In this document: positions 1 through 8,843 of the stretch, one piece after another | Numbering within the stretch: the first letter of the stretch is position 1 | Layout of the letters: each line of letters starts with the position of its first letter | Source: a virus | DNA: 64,000 nucleotides | Virus record (IMG/VR): IMGVR_UViG_3300009296_000199 | Reading direction: 5' to 3' (one strand) | Made by a program: the position numbers and the translations under genes | The notes under the pieces: generated by a model | The model's input: only the letters and a program-made list of their open reading frames with translations | Database searches by the model: none | What the model was told of the DNA's origin: nothing

Positions 1-471
1 GCCCCGGTGATTGAACGTGGGCGACATCCTCGACCTGCGACCGGGGGTGCTGTGCCACAGGAAGGTGCGGCGGTCGGGCGCGTCCTGCTCATGCGAGTCA
101 GAAAGGCCAGCATCGAGGACAGGCCCACGCAAACGCAGGTGCCAATGGCAGTCTACCGAGATCCATTCTTCCGGGGTGTCACAGAAATCATCAGCTCCCA
201 TGATGGGAGGAGACACCCCATTCTTGAAGCTCGGGCTCGCGGCGGAGTAAACACGTTGAAGCTGGAGATCCCGGAGATGCGTGACTTCGATGATCCCGTG
301 TTGCGGCTCGAAAAGACGGACTCAGGGATGTACTACCAGGCCTACGATGCCCAGTCTGCTCTTGGCCGGCCAATTCACGTCGCGCTCCAACGAGGTATGA
401 GAACCACCCCTCGGGCGACCTTGATTACCCGCCCTCCCATTGAACGGGCAACGTGGTGGCGATTTATATAA
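1..471 (+). CDS. hypothetical protein, 3' part (frame open from window start)
   Basis: Frame 1 is open from base 1 to TAA at 469-471; no recognisable motif in the visible part. Confidence 0.45.
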   Translation, partial: APVIERGRHPRPATGGAVPQEGAAVGRVLLMRVRKASIEDRPTQTQVPMAVYRDPFFRGVTEIISSHDGRRHPILEARARGGVNTLKLEIPEMRDFDDPVLRLEKTDSGMYYQAYDAQSALGRPIHVALQRGMRTTPRATLITRPPIERATWWRFI

Positions 472-573
472 TTCTCCGCGCTGTCCCCCAGTCTCTTTAA
501 TTTACACGGATGGCCAATGGATTGATCGTGCACCGGGAGGTGCGTTCTGGATGCTACTTCGGTCGTCCGTTGA

Positions 574-1401
574 TTACTTCACTTTCCGCTGTAATGATTT
601 TAATTCGGCAATGAGGCGTGGCCCTTGCATCATCCGTTCCGCAAATTGCTTTTGCCGTCGCATGTCGTCTCGCTTGCCCTTGACTTTGTGATCGAGCAAA
701 TTGCGTGCGCCACGGAACGAATGCAAGTCGTCCTTAAACGTTGTTGTAACCAGCGGATTTCGCCCATCATTATAGGTTTGCGGCGAGGCTAGAGTGTTAA
801 TCTGATCAGACCAGTCTTTTGCCTTGATCGATGTTTCGGGTACATTTATTAAAGTCTTTCGAATTCCAAGGCGCAGCAGCGCCTCAGTCTCCCGTTCAAC
901 GAGCTCACACATGTCGCGGAGTCCGTCCTTTCGGTCGACCTCGTTAAATTTCTTCACAGCCGCTTTTACTTCTGCCGCGCACGCCCCACATTTGAGAGTT
1001 GGATCTGGCGTCACCACTAGGGCTGGATTTCTTGCTCTTAGGGACTCGGTAACCTTTCTGTCGTCGTCCACGATCAGCAGTCCAACGCCATCTGTCCTGA
1101 GCGAGGCCAAGATGCCTGCCTGAGTAGGAGCTTGTATGTGTGTCGCAAGGTAGAGCTCGGCGTAGTGTCGTTGCGCTGCAATCCATATGGCTAAATCCTT
1201 GATCGACCTAAGATAATCAAGAGAACCCTGCGCCTCGACAAGGATACTCATGCCACCTTTGGAGGCAACAAGAGTTGTTCTGTACGGGGCATTAGCCCAT
1301 GCCGCCCGTTCGCTCCTAAGTGCCATTTGTTGCTTCGCAAAATGCCTGGCGACGGCGAGTGCAATTGGCCGAGCTTCTTCGGGCGTGAAATCAAACTTCA
1401 T
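574..1401 (-). CDS. putative restriction-endonuclease-fold + HEPN-like protein
   Basis: 275 aa. N-half has a PD-(D/E)XK-like strand pattern with degenerate catalytic residues (RTTL..VEAQ; YAELYLA..GVGLLIV). The helical C-half carries RNLLDH (R-x4-H HEPN motif). Starts 6 nt after the ParB-like stop. Confidence 0.55.
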   Translation of the reverse strand: MKFDFTPEEARPIALAVARHFAKQQMALRSERAAWANAPYRTTLVASKGGMSILVEAQGSLDYLRSIKDLAIWIAAQRHYAELYLATHIQAPTQAGILASLRTDGVGLLIVDDDRKVTESLRARNPALVVTPDPTLKCGACAAEVKAAVKKFNEVDRKDGLRDMCELVERETEALLRLGIRKTLINVPETSIKAKDWSDQINTLASPQTYNDGRNPLVTTTFKDDLHSFRGARNLLDHKVKGKRDDMRRQKQFAERMMQGPRLIAELKSLQRKVK

Positions 1402-1407
1402 GGCGAA

Positions 1408-2355
1408 TCAATTTAGAAGTCGACCAACCTCTTGTTTTAGCTCCTGCAGCGACTCGATAACCTCCGAGTTTAGGTGTTTCCTGGATTTAAAACGGCGAAG
1501 TTTGTCGCAAAGACCAGCTATCTTTGTCACAAGATTTCTCTGGTCATAGGCGGTCTCTACCGTATCTTCAAAAGCTTGCTTAATGCTGTATTTCTTGTCC
1601 TTAACGAGCCGGACTAGCACCGGGGTCGCGTGATTTTTGTCAACTCCTGCTAACTCGGCACGAGCAATCTTGCTGATATCGCGAAATCCGACGACGTTAT
1701 CTATAACCCCGTCCATGTATTTGTGGACCATCGTGTCGACAAAGGCCTGTTTAGTGAACTGCTTCATAGCTTCAGGTGCGTGTCGTTCAATAACGTGGAG
1801 CGCCTTATAAGTCTCTATGAACAGGTCGGGCTTGATCCGTTGTTCGCTTTTTGGTTTCTCGGCTTCTTTCAGTAGCATGGTCTGGTACTTCGAGGGAAGA
1901 TCCAGAAGGTCAAGCGCTCGTTGAACAGTTGGAAAACGAACACCCGTGATGGTCGCAAGGGATCGCGGGGTAACCTCTTTGCCCTCCTTAATCAGCATGT
2001 CGCGAATTTGCCCAAGTTTTAAAGCCATCGGCATAAGATCCCAATCAACGCGCACGTTGTGGATGTTAAACATCATCAGGAGATTTTCAAGACGGTTCGG
2101 CTTAGGCTGAACGATGCAGGGAATTGTCTTGAGGTTAAGTTTCTTGGAGCATCGCCATCGCCGCTCCCCATCCAGAATGACATAATGGGAATGATCCCCC
2201 AAGTAAACAGAAATCGGGACCTTGATTCCGACCTCGCGAATGGATTCGAGAAGTTCGAGCATTTCATCTTCGCGAAAAATTAGCCGAGGATTATCGGGGT
2301 TGTGGCGAATATCATCAGGAGAGATATCCTGAAGTTGGCTTGTGGTTTTGGTCAT
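1408..2355 (-). CDS. ParB/RepB/Spo0J (ParB/Srx) domain protein
   Basis: N-terminal NPDNPR..LLESIREVGIKVPISV..LDGERRWR (ParB arginine patch). GGAGG RBS before ATG 2355; ATGA overlap with the methylase stop. Confidence 0.85.
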   Translation of the reverse strand: MTKTTSQLQDISPDDIRHNPDNPRLIFREDEMLELLESIREVGIKVPISVYLGDHSHYVILDGERRWRCSKKLNLKTIPCIVQPKPNRLENLLMMFNIHNVRVDWDLMPMALKLGQIRDMLIKEGKEVTPRSLATITGVRFPTVQRALDLLDLPSKYQTMLLKEAEKPKSEQRIKPDLFIETYKALHVIERHAPEAMKQFTKQAFVDTMVHKYMDGVIDNVVGFRDISKIARAELAGVDKNHATPVLVRLVKDKKYSIKQAFEDTVETAYDQRNLVTKIAGLCDKLRRFKSRKHLNSEVIESLQELKQEVGRLLN

Positions 2356-3335
2356 TTTATGACCTCCGAATTGCATCCGAGGATTGGGTAACTCGACAAA
2401 AGAGCCTCGGTCGTAAGGCCTCGCCGACTCCCTTTGCCACCAATTAGACTTTGCCGCCTTATTCTAAAGTACCTAAAACCCTTGTAAAGCTTAACCACAG
2501 CCTGAAAGTTGGCATTTGAAACGAGGACATGTACCCCCGCGTTCATCAGCCGAATTGCTGTCTGCGCAAGACGTTCCTGGTCTGCCCATGAAAAAAGGCG
2601 CACATTGTACTTCAGGAAGCCATTGTTCTCATGACCAGTAACGTAAGGCGGGTCAAAATAAACAAGGTCGTTGGCCTTGGCTTCAGCTACTGCTTTTTGG
2701 AAATCGCAAAATTTTAGAGTGGCGGATTTTAGAACCTTAGAGGTCTCTAGAATTCTATCGCGGTCACATATCCTTGGATTCGTATACCGACCAAATGGAG
2801 TATTGAATTCGCCTTTGCGGTTGACTCGGTACAATCCATTCCAACAAGATCGATTCAGATATAGGAATTTGGCTGCGGCAGACCTATTGGACATCGGAGT
2901 ACGGGAACGAATTCGGTAATAGAAGTCTTCTTCGTATGGATAGGTGGACAATAAGCGAACTATGCCCCGCGCATCATCTCGGAGCGCACGATACATGGCG
3001 ATTAGCTTTTCATTTCGGTCCGATAGAACAGCTGAGTTTGGCTGGAGTGAGAAAAAGAAAGAACCTCCGCCAAGGAATGGTTCGAAATACCTTCCACTCC
3101 AATCTTTTGGGACCAATTGTTTTGCTGCGGTGGCAAGCCATTGCTTGCCACCAGCCCACTTCACGACAGGAGATCCGCTTGATTCGGCCAAGATGTTCGC
3201 GGCGAGAATCGGGCTGCGGCTAGAGCTTCGTCGTATGACAATGGCAGACGCGCCAATTTGCACGAGGAAAGATTTTGGCAATCTTACTGGGTCGGTCCGG
3301 TTCCTATCCCTGTTGGGGCTTGCGTGGTTACTCAT
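2352..3335 (-). CDS. D12-class (Dam-like) N6-adenine DNA methyltransferase
   Basis: KWAGGK, YFEPFLGGGS (motif I), LYLNRSCWNGLYRVN, YFDPPY (motif IV). Start codon uncertain. Confidence 0.92.
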   Translation of the reverse strand: MSNHASPNRDRNRTDPVRLPKSFLVQIGASAIVIRRSSSRSPILAANILAESSGSPVVKWAGGKQWLATAAKQLVPKDWSGRYFEPFLGGGSFFFSLQPNSAVLSDRNEKLIAMYRALRDDARGIVRLLSTYPYEEDFYYRIRSRTPMSNRSAAAKFLYLNRSCWNGLYRVNRKGEFNTPFGRYTNPRICDRDRILETSKVLKSATLKFCDFQKAVAEAKANDLVYFDPPYVTGHENNGFLKYNVRLFSWADQERLAQTAIRLMNAGVHVLVSNANFQAVVKLYKGFRYFRIRRQSLIGGKGSRRGLTTEALLSSYPILGCNSEVIK

Positions 3336-3400
3336 GGCCCTGTACTGGACTCAAACCTAGAAATCCTTGGTCAATAACGCATGTTGCCGCATGGGACATG

Positions 3401-3433
3401 AAAAAGGCCGGGCCACGTTCAGGGCTCCGGCCT
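3401..3433 (-). terminator. putative rho-independent terminator
   Basis: AGGCCGG(3405-3411)/CCGGCCT(3427-3433) stem followed by a T-run on the minus strand; sits at the left prophage junction. Confidence 0.4.
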
Positions 3434-3554
3434 CTCCCCCTGCTCACGACGAATTCTAATCGCGTTGCAGCTCCCCTGCCGAACCCTCTTGACCACTCAC
3501 GATTTTGATGTGAGGTAAAGCTGGCTGCCCGTCTCCAACGGTCTTAGAAACCGT

Positions 3555-4091
3555 TTGCTGCAAATAAACCCGCTTTTTGAGCCGGAAAACGAAATAAATG
3601 AGGTTTTGCTTTGGGATGGGTCGGATTTCGGACGGGTCAACGGGGCCAAGGGCCTGGGAAGAATCCTCTCTCCCCAAGAAGCCCAGGAAGTACGGAGCCG
3701 CCAACGACGCTACCTCCTGCCCAAGCCGCCCCTCATCCAGGTCATCCTGCGGCGGGCGCACGAGCTCCAGGCGCGCCTCACCGCCGACCACAGTCTCACC
3801 CGCGAATCCCTGGCCAAGGAGTCCGGGCTCAACCCCGGCCATCTGACCCGGCTGCTGCGCCTGGCCGACCTAGCCCCCGAGATCCAGCATTACATCCTGG
3901 CCCTGCCGCCCTCGATCCATCGGGGAGTGGTCACGGAGCGTCGCCTGCGGTCCATCGCCGCGATCTCGGAGCATGGGGCGCAATTGGAACGCTTCTATAG
4001 CCTGCTCACGCTCCCTGTCCGTGCCCAAAAGAAGTCCACCCCCGTTGCCTCACCCCCCTCCCATCGGCCCTTACTGCATCTTGGCGCTTGA
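3555..4091 (+). CDS. HTH-containing protein or fragment of the type found next to large serine recombinases
   Basis: RESLAKESGLNPGHLTRLLRLADLAPEIQHYIL HTH pattern. No good start or RBS; the frame is open back to 3519 (SWLPVSNGLRN). Confidence 0.5.
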   Translation: MLQINPLFEPENEINEVLLWDGSDFGRVNGAKGLGRILSPQEAQEVRSRQRRYLLPKPPLIQVILRRAHELQARLTADHSLTRESLAKESGLNPGHLTRLLRLADLAPEIQHYILALPPSIHRGVVTERRLRSIAAISEHGAQLERFYSLLTLPVRAQKKSTPVASPPSHRPLLHLGA

Positions 4092-4165
4092 TGCCGCGCT
4101 GAGGAAGAAGGTAGTCATGTCCTTGCAACGGGCGGCCAACCGCCCGACTAGCGAGGAGGAACACC

Positions 4166-4429
4166 ATGTCTAAGTCGAAGAAATCCGCAAAGAAATCGGC
4201 GGCGACCTCAGCACCGACCGCCACGCCGGCGGCCATCCCAAAGTCTCAAGGCCCGATCCCCAAGCCCATCGTTCGCGCGATCCGCGTCAGTCAGGCTCTC
4301 TTGGACGCCGCCAAGGCGTACAAGAAGGCAACGGGCACGAGCTTCTACACCCTGGGATTCGAGGCCATCTCGGATCGCCTGAAGCGCGAGGGCTACCTGA
4401 AGGCCGCGGAGGCCGTGGCGGGAGCATAG
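4166..4429 (+). CDS. small basic protein, possible ribbon-helix-helix DNA-binding protein
   Basis: GAGGAGG RBS; low-complexity K/A N-terminus then VRAIRVSQALLDAAKAY (strand-helix-helix pattern). Confidence 0.65.
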   Translation: MSKSKKSAKKSAATSAPTATPAAIPKSQGPIPKPIVRAIRVSQALLDAAKAYKKATGTSFYTLGFEAISDRLKREGYLKAAEAVAGA

Positions 4430-4615
4430 ACGTGGCCCGGCGTAAGCGGATGATTCTGGCCGAGTTCGCGGTCACCGTGTGGGATGATCGCATCGAATGG
4501 GGCGGCGTTGAATTACTTGTCTGGCGATTGCTTCACGCGAAGCCGTCTGGCGGCTTCCTACCGCAGCTCCGGGCGATGCGTGGCCGCCGGGATCTCCGGC
4601 CAGCCCATCGAAGAT

Positions 4616-4655
4616 AACCCGGCCGCCGCAGCGCATCGCGGCGGCCGGGTTCTTC
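4616..4655 (+). terminator. perfect 14-bp hairpin, putative terminator or attenuator
   Basis: AACCCGGCCGCCGC(4616-4629)-8 nt loop-GCGGCGGCCGGGTT(4638-4651), then CTT. Confidence 0.5.
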
Positions 4656-4842
4656 CCCGAATCCGCGCGATTCTCATTCCACGATTCGGGTTCTCCGAAT
4701 TCAGGCCCGAACGTGCAAACGTGTTGCGAATTGGGCGAAGATTCTCGCCTTTCCGACGAAGAAAGGCCTTGCTTCCTTCGCGAAGTCGCTGTAGCTTCAG
4801 TGCTGACCCCGACGGTAGGCGGGTCAAAAGGAGGAAAAAACG

Positions 4843-5088
4843 ATGAGCGACAAGACGCGAATCAAGAAGGGCGACCGGGTGCGCGACGCGAAGTGGGGCG
4901 GCAAGTTCACCGGCACGGTGGTCCGCGTCCAGACGAGTGCTTCTAGGCGATGGGTCTACGTGCAGTGGGACAACATCGCTGTCGAAGACCAGCTACTCGA
5001 CTATGAGGTCGAGGCCCTGGGGACTCGGATCGAGGGCGAGATCCCGACCGTGTTTCTGACGGTCACGAAGACCGAGGGACCGGCATGA
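4843..5088 (+). CDS. hypothetical protein (SH3-like pattern)
   Basis: AGGAGG RBS; IKKGDRVR..GTVVRV..VYVQWD. Confidence 0.7.
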   Translation: MSDKTRIKKGDRVRDAKWGGKFTGTVVRVQTSASRRWVYVQWDNIAVEDQLLDYEVEALGTRIEGEIPTVFLTVTKTEGPA

Positions 5089-5306
5089 ATACGAGACGGA
5101 GTTTCTACCGGAGCCTCATCATCGAGGCGACGGGGATCAACGAGAAGGAAGCGGGGTACGTCGAGGACATCATGCGCGATGACATCTTCCACTCAACGCT
5201 GGACTGGCAGTCGCGGGCGCAGTTTGTGCGAGGCGCGAGAGAGGCGGTCGAGATGTTGAAAGTCTACCGCGCCGACCCCGCGTTGTCGAGACACTTCCCC
5301 GCGTGA
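5085..5306 (+). CDS. hypothetical protein
   Basis: ATGA overlap with upstream ORF; 73 aa. Confidence 0.65.
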   Translation: MNTRRSFYRSLIIEATGINEKEAGYVEDIMRDDIFHSTLDWQSRAQFVRGAREAVEMLKVYRADPALSRHFPA

Positions 5307-5325
5307 TTAAAGAGGAGGGCAAACG

Positions 5326-5577
5326 ATGAACCTACGGTGCGAATGTGGAAACGAGCAGTTCAAGGCCCCGAGAGTAACGCTGATCCTGATGGGCGTCCCT
5401 TGCGAGATCACGGACGACGGCCCGCAGTACAACGACGCGGAGGCCGACCACTCCGAGGGCTGGGACTACAACCAAGAGAGCCGAGTGGCCTGCGTTGCCT
5501 GTGGGAAGGAATACGACATTGCTCAGGACGGCAGGGCGAACATCTGCCTGGAGCCCGTCCAGGAGGAGGCGCGATGA
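5326..5577 (+). CDS. zinc-ribbon hypothetical protein
   Basis: GAGGAGG RBS; CECG...CVACG cysteine pairs. Confidence 0.7.
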   Translation: MNLRCECGNEQFKAPRVTLILMGVPCEITDDGPQYNDAEADHSEGWDYNQESRVACVACGKEYDIAQDGRANICLEPVQEEAR

Positions 5578-5804
5578 GAATCGAGAAGTTGTGGGTGATC
5601 GTGCGGCCGAGCCCGGCAAGCGAGCTTGGCGACGTCTGCTTCGAGACTGACGCCAAGGGGCTGGCCCTCCAGTTTAAAGGAGGGCTCGACCCCGAGGAGA
5701 TCCACGCGCTCTACACCAGCCGCAACGAGGCGGAGCGGGAGGCCAAGCGCATCCTTGTTGCCTCCCAAAATTACCAGGACGCGTTTGGGGAGGTAGACCG
5801 ATGA
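5574..5804 (+). CDS. hypothetical protein
   Basis: GGAGG RBS, ATGA overlap; MRIEKLWVIVRP...; 76 aa. Confidence 0.65.
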   Translation: MRIEKLWVIVRPSPASELGDVCFETDAKGLALQFKGGLDPEEIHALYTSRNEAEREAKRILVASQNYQDAFGEVDR

Positions 5805-6019
5805 AGATGCCAAAGGACGACGTGCTCAACGCCTTGCTGACCGACTTGATCGCGGACCAGGTTGTCAGGGCCTTGGAGCTGGGCTTCAAACGCAAGGAAG
5901 TCGAGGACGCGGTCAGGATCGGCGTCTCGCATGGCACCTATGAGCATGCCGAGCGCGAGAAGGAGATGGACAAGACGAGCCGGATGATAGAGAGGCAGAG
6001 CGCGAAGAGGCGGCCATGA
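5801..6019 (+). CDS. hypothetical protein
   Basis: ATGA overlap, GGAGG RBS; 72 aa. Confidence 0.6.
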   Translation: MKMPKDDVLNALLTDLIADQVVRALELGFKRKEVEDAVRIGVSHGTYEHAEREKEMDKTSRMIERQSAKRRP

Positions 6020-6083
6020 GGAAGCAGGCTGCCCGCTCGGTGGTGGCCGAGTTCGATGTGGCAATCGGCAGGCTGGCGATCCT

Positions 6084-6518
6084 GTGAGGATCGTACCCGT
6101 CTACGGCGTGACGCTGGTCCGCGACTCCTCGATCAAGGTGGCGGACAGGAGTGCCGACTCTCCGGTCGCCGTCGTTGAGATTCTGCGCGCGCACATCGGG
6201 AACGTGGACCGCGAGCATTTCGTGGCGCTGTTCGTAAACGCTCGGAACCAAATCATCGGCATCAACACCGTCTCGGTCGGCACCCTCTCGGCCAGCCTGG
6301 TCCATCCGAGGGAGATTTACAAGCCCGCGATCTTGATCAGCGCGGCGGCCGTGGTCATCGGTCACAATCATCCATCCGGCGACCAGCAGCCCTCGGCCGA
6401 GGACAAGGCGACGACCCGGCGGTTGGTCCAAGCCGGGCAACTGTTAGGCATCCCAATTCTCGATCACATCATCATCGGCGAGGGATACTTTTCATTCAGG
6501 GAGAGTGGACTCTTATGA
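6084..6518 (+). CDS. radC: RadC-like JAB/MPN domain protein (stand-alone)
   Basis: DREHF..LVHPREI..GHNHPSGD..PSAED..ILDHIIIG: complete JAB metal motif, no N-terminal HhH domain. Confidence 0.92.
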   Translation: MRIVPVYGVTLVRDSSIKVADRSADSPVAVVEILRAHIGNVDREHFVALFVNARNQIIGINTVSVGTLSASLVHPREIYKPAILISAAAVVIGHNHPSGDQQPSAEDKATTRRLVQAGQLLGIPILDHIIIGEGYFSFRESGLL

Positions 6519-6539
6519 AAGAGCGACGGAGGATGTTTT

Positions 6540-6701
6540 ATGGAAAAGGTCAGGGACTATAACGAGCTCGACCGCCTTGAGAAGATCGAGGGCAGGGAAG
6601 TCCTCGTTCTTTTCTCGAATCTGATCCACCGGGTGATTGGCGGCCAGTGGCAAGCGGTCGGCAAGGTGACCCAAGACGGGGATGTCGTTTACCGGCGATG
6701 A
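6540..6701 (+). CDS. small hypothetical protein (53 aa, below ORF-track cutoff)
   Basis: GGAGG RBS before ATG 6540; stop overlaps the next ATG (ATGA). Confidence 0.5.
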   Translation: MEKVRDYNELDRLEKIEGREVLVLFSNLIHRVIGGQWQAVGKVTQDGDVVYRR

Positions 6702-7123
6702 TTTGCGAACGATGTGGTGACAACGCGATGGCCGGACGGCTGGTGGTGCGGCGGACCTTTGAGGGATTCGCGTGTCACCCGTGCGCTGACGAAGTCAAAA
6801 GGATCGAATGGGAGGATAGAACCATGGCGAAGAAGAACGGTAAAGCTGGAAAGGGTGGTGTCGTTGCGGGAGCAAAGAAAGTGGCGGGGAAGAACGGAGG
6901 CGGCAGGGATGGTTCGCTGTCCATTCTGATAGACCCATTGCTTCTGGCTGGCGGCCACACCATCAAGGAGATCGCGGCCGAGCTGGCCAAGAAGGCCGGG
7001 GACGCGGCCAAGGATCGTGACCTTGCCGCGAATGTCAGAGCCAGGATGGTCAGCTACACCCGCAAGGGCTGGCAGGTCAAGAAGGACGACCAGAAGCGGG
7101 TCCAGGTCATCCAGAAGGCATAG
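6698..7123 (+). CDS. hypothetical protein (CxxC..CxxC leader plus basic HTH-like domain; second start at 6824)
   Basis: CERC..CHPC, then a GGAGG RBS and ATG at 6824 in frame; HTIKEIAAELAKK..LAANVRARM HTH-like. Confidence 0.6.
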   Translation: MICERCGDNAMAGRLVVRRTFEGFACHPCADEVKRIEWEDRTMAKKNGKAGKGGVVAGAKKVAGKNGGGRDGSLSILIDPLLLAGGHTIKEIAAELAKKAGDAAKDRDLAANVRARMVSYTRKGWQVKKDDQKRVQVIQKA

Positions 7124-7132
7124 GAGGAACGC

Positions 7133-7330
7133 GTGGAGAGCGACAAGGTGACCTGGGCGCGGCAGAAGATCGAGACGGCCATCGAGCAGAACGGCCCCTA
7201 CTCTCACAATATCTGCTCGATGGCCTTGATGGCGGTGCTCGAGGCTGAGGGCAAGGAGGCGGCCAACAAGCTCATCGAGGAGTACGGGCTGGACGCGCTC
7301 TACCAAATCCGCAAGGTGGAGGTGAGATGA
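7133..7330 (+). CDS. hypothetical protein
   Basis: AGGAGG RBS, GTG start; 65 aa. Confidence 0.6.
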   Translation: MESDKVTWARQKIETAIEQNGPYSHNICSMALMAVLEAEGKEAANKLIEEYGLDALYQIRKVEVR

Positions 7331-7848
7331 TGGACATGGATACGACCGAGAAGCTCCGTGTAGCTAAGGCTCGAATGCGGGAGGCCTGCATTCACGCGGC
7401 GCTGGCGAATACGCCCGCGTCCGTGCGGGTTATCCGCATCCGGAGGACCCTGTCGGGCCGGGCCTATAGCCCAGAGGAGATCGCGGTGCCGAGGCCGATC
7501 ACCCGCCGGGCCATCCACGTATTCCTCCACGAGTGCGCCCACGTCGCCCTGGGGCACGTCGGAGCCAACAAAGCCGCCCAGTTCGGGCCGACGTTGCCCC
7601 ACGTGGGGCCAGGGCCAGTCCGGGCGGCCCCAAGGCCCAAGTACGCCCGCAAGCCGCGACACGTAGAGGAGTACGAGGCCGAGCGATGGGCCTTTGACCG
7701 TATGCGGGAGTCCGGCATCCCCGTGCCACGGAAGTCACTGCGGCGGGCCAAGAGCTATGTGGCCTATAAGATCCGACAGGCCCGGCGGCGCGGGGCCAAG
7801 ACCGTAGACCGTGAGGCCCTCCGGTGGGCCGGGGAGGCGACGCCATGA
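7327..7848 (+). CDS. HExxH zinc metallopeptidase-like protein (ImmA/IrrE-like)
   Basis: FLHECAHVALGH plus downstream EYEAERWA; ATGA overlaps on both sides. Confidence 0.7.
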   Translation: MMDMDTTEKLRVAKARMREACIHAALANTPASVRVIRIRRTLSGRAYSPEEIAVPRPITRRAIHVFLHECAHVALGHVGANKAAQFGPTLPHVGPGPVRAAPRPKYARKPRHVEEYEAERWAFDRMRESGIPVPRKSLRRAKSYVAYKIRQARRRGAKTVDREALRWAGEATP

Positions 7849-8729
7849 CCCAGGATGCCATGCTGGACGGATTCTTGCAGCACCTGCGGGTGGAGCGGGG
7901 GCTCGCCCCCAACACCTGCCTGTCCTACGGGTATCAGCTGGGGGCCTACGTCGCCTTCCTGCGGGCCAGAGGCCAGGAGCCGGCCACGGCAACACGGGAT
8001 GACGTGATAGCCTACCTCGAACGGCGCAAAGGCGACGGCCTCAGGTCGGCGTCGCTGTTCATAGCTGCGATGGCCGTGAGGCAGTTCCATCGTCACCTGG
8101 CTCAAACTGGTTGCGCCTCGGCCGACCCGACCGCCGGTATGCGCCTTCCCCGGTTCAAACAGCGAATCCCGAAACCGTTGGACGCGGAGGGTATGGACCG
8201 GCTGCTTCGCCCACCCGTGGGGGCCACGTTCTCGGTCCTGCGCGACCACGCCATGCTCGAAGCCATGTATGCCACGGGGATGCGGGTCTCGGAGCTCGTG
8301 GGCCTCCGGTTGGGACAGGTGGACCTGGGAGCGGGCTTGGCGCGTCCTATGGGCAAAGGCTCCAAGGAACGCATCGTCCCTTTTGGGGCCCGCGCGGTGA
8401 TCGCCCTACGTCGCTACCTCGCCGCCCGCGCGGCCCGCTTCCCGGCCGCTCCGGACGTCGTATTCCTCAACACCTGGGGCCGGGGGCTCACGCGAAGCGG
8501 CTTCGGCTGGCGGCTTGCGACCGCGGCGCGCCGAGCAGGGATATCGGGACGGCTGACGCCGCACCAGATCCGACATAGCTGTGCGACCCATATGCTGGAG
8601 GGCGGGGCCGATATCCGCATAGTCCAGGAGATGCTGGGGCACGCGAGTATCACGACCACCCAAATTTACACCCATGTCTCGGCCAACCTGATGCGGGAGA
8701 CCTGTCGGAAGGCGCACCCGCGATTCTAA
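7845..8729 (+). CDS. xerD: XerD-like tyrosine recombinase
   Basis: SAM-like N-terminus (LRVERGLAPNT), ATGMRVSEL, GKGSKERIVP, PHQIRHSCATH, LGHASITTTQIYTH: full R-K-H-R-H-Y set. Confidence 0.9.
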   Translation: MTQDAMLDGFLQHLRVERGLAPNTCLSYGYQLGAYVAFLRARGQEPATATRDDVIAYLERRKGDGLRSASLFIAAMAVRQFHRHLAQTGCASADPTAGMRLPRFKQRIPKPLDAEGMDRLLRPPVGATFSVLRDHAMLEAMYATGMRVSELVGLRLGQVDLGAGLARPMGKGSKERIVPFGARAVIALRRYLAARAARFPAAPDVVFLNTWGRGLTRSGFGWRLATAARRAGISGRLTPHQIRHSCATHMLEGGADIRIVQEMLGHASITTTQIYTHVSANLMRETCRKAHPRF

Positions 8730-8843
8730 TAGGGTGTCGTTTCTGGCCTGCCGTTTCATAGAACGCTATAATGCATCATGGCGGCTTCACGAGGTTTCTG
8801 GGCCAAGTCCGGTAAGTATCATCCTCGGATTGGCAACAAGGTT

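Noticed and set aside
3522-3551. TGGCTGCCC resembles the reverse complement of a tRNA 3' CCA end
   Set aside because: No T-loop (GGTTCGA) or cloverleaf follows; not called as a tRNA. Kept only as a possible att-related junction.
6016-6087. 23-codon ORF (MRKQAARSVVAEFDV) resembling the start of ORF 4432-4617 (MARRKRMILAEFAV)
   Set aside because: Similarity is too short to separate from chance.
8745-8780. Possible dif-like site just after the xerD-like gene
   Set aside because: Only a 4-bp dyad (ATAG/CTAT); better explained as a TATAAT promoter for the nuclease gene.
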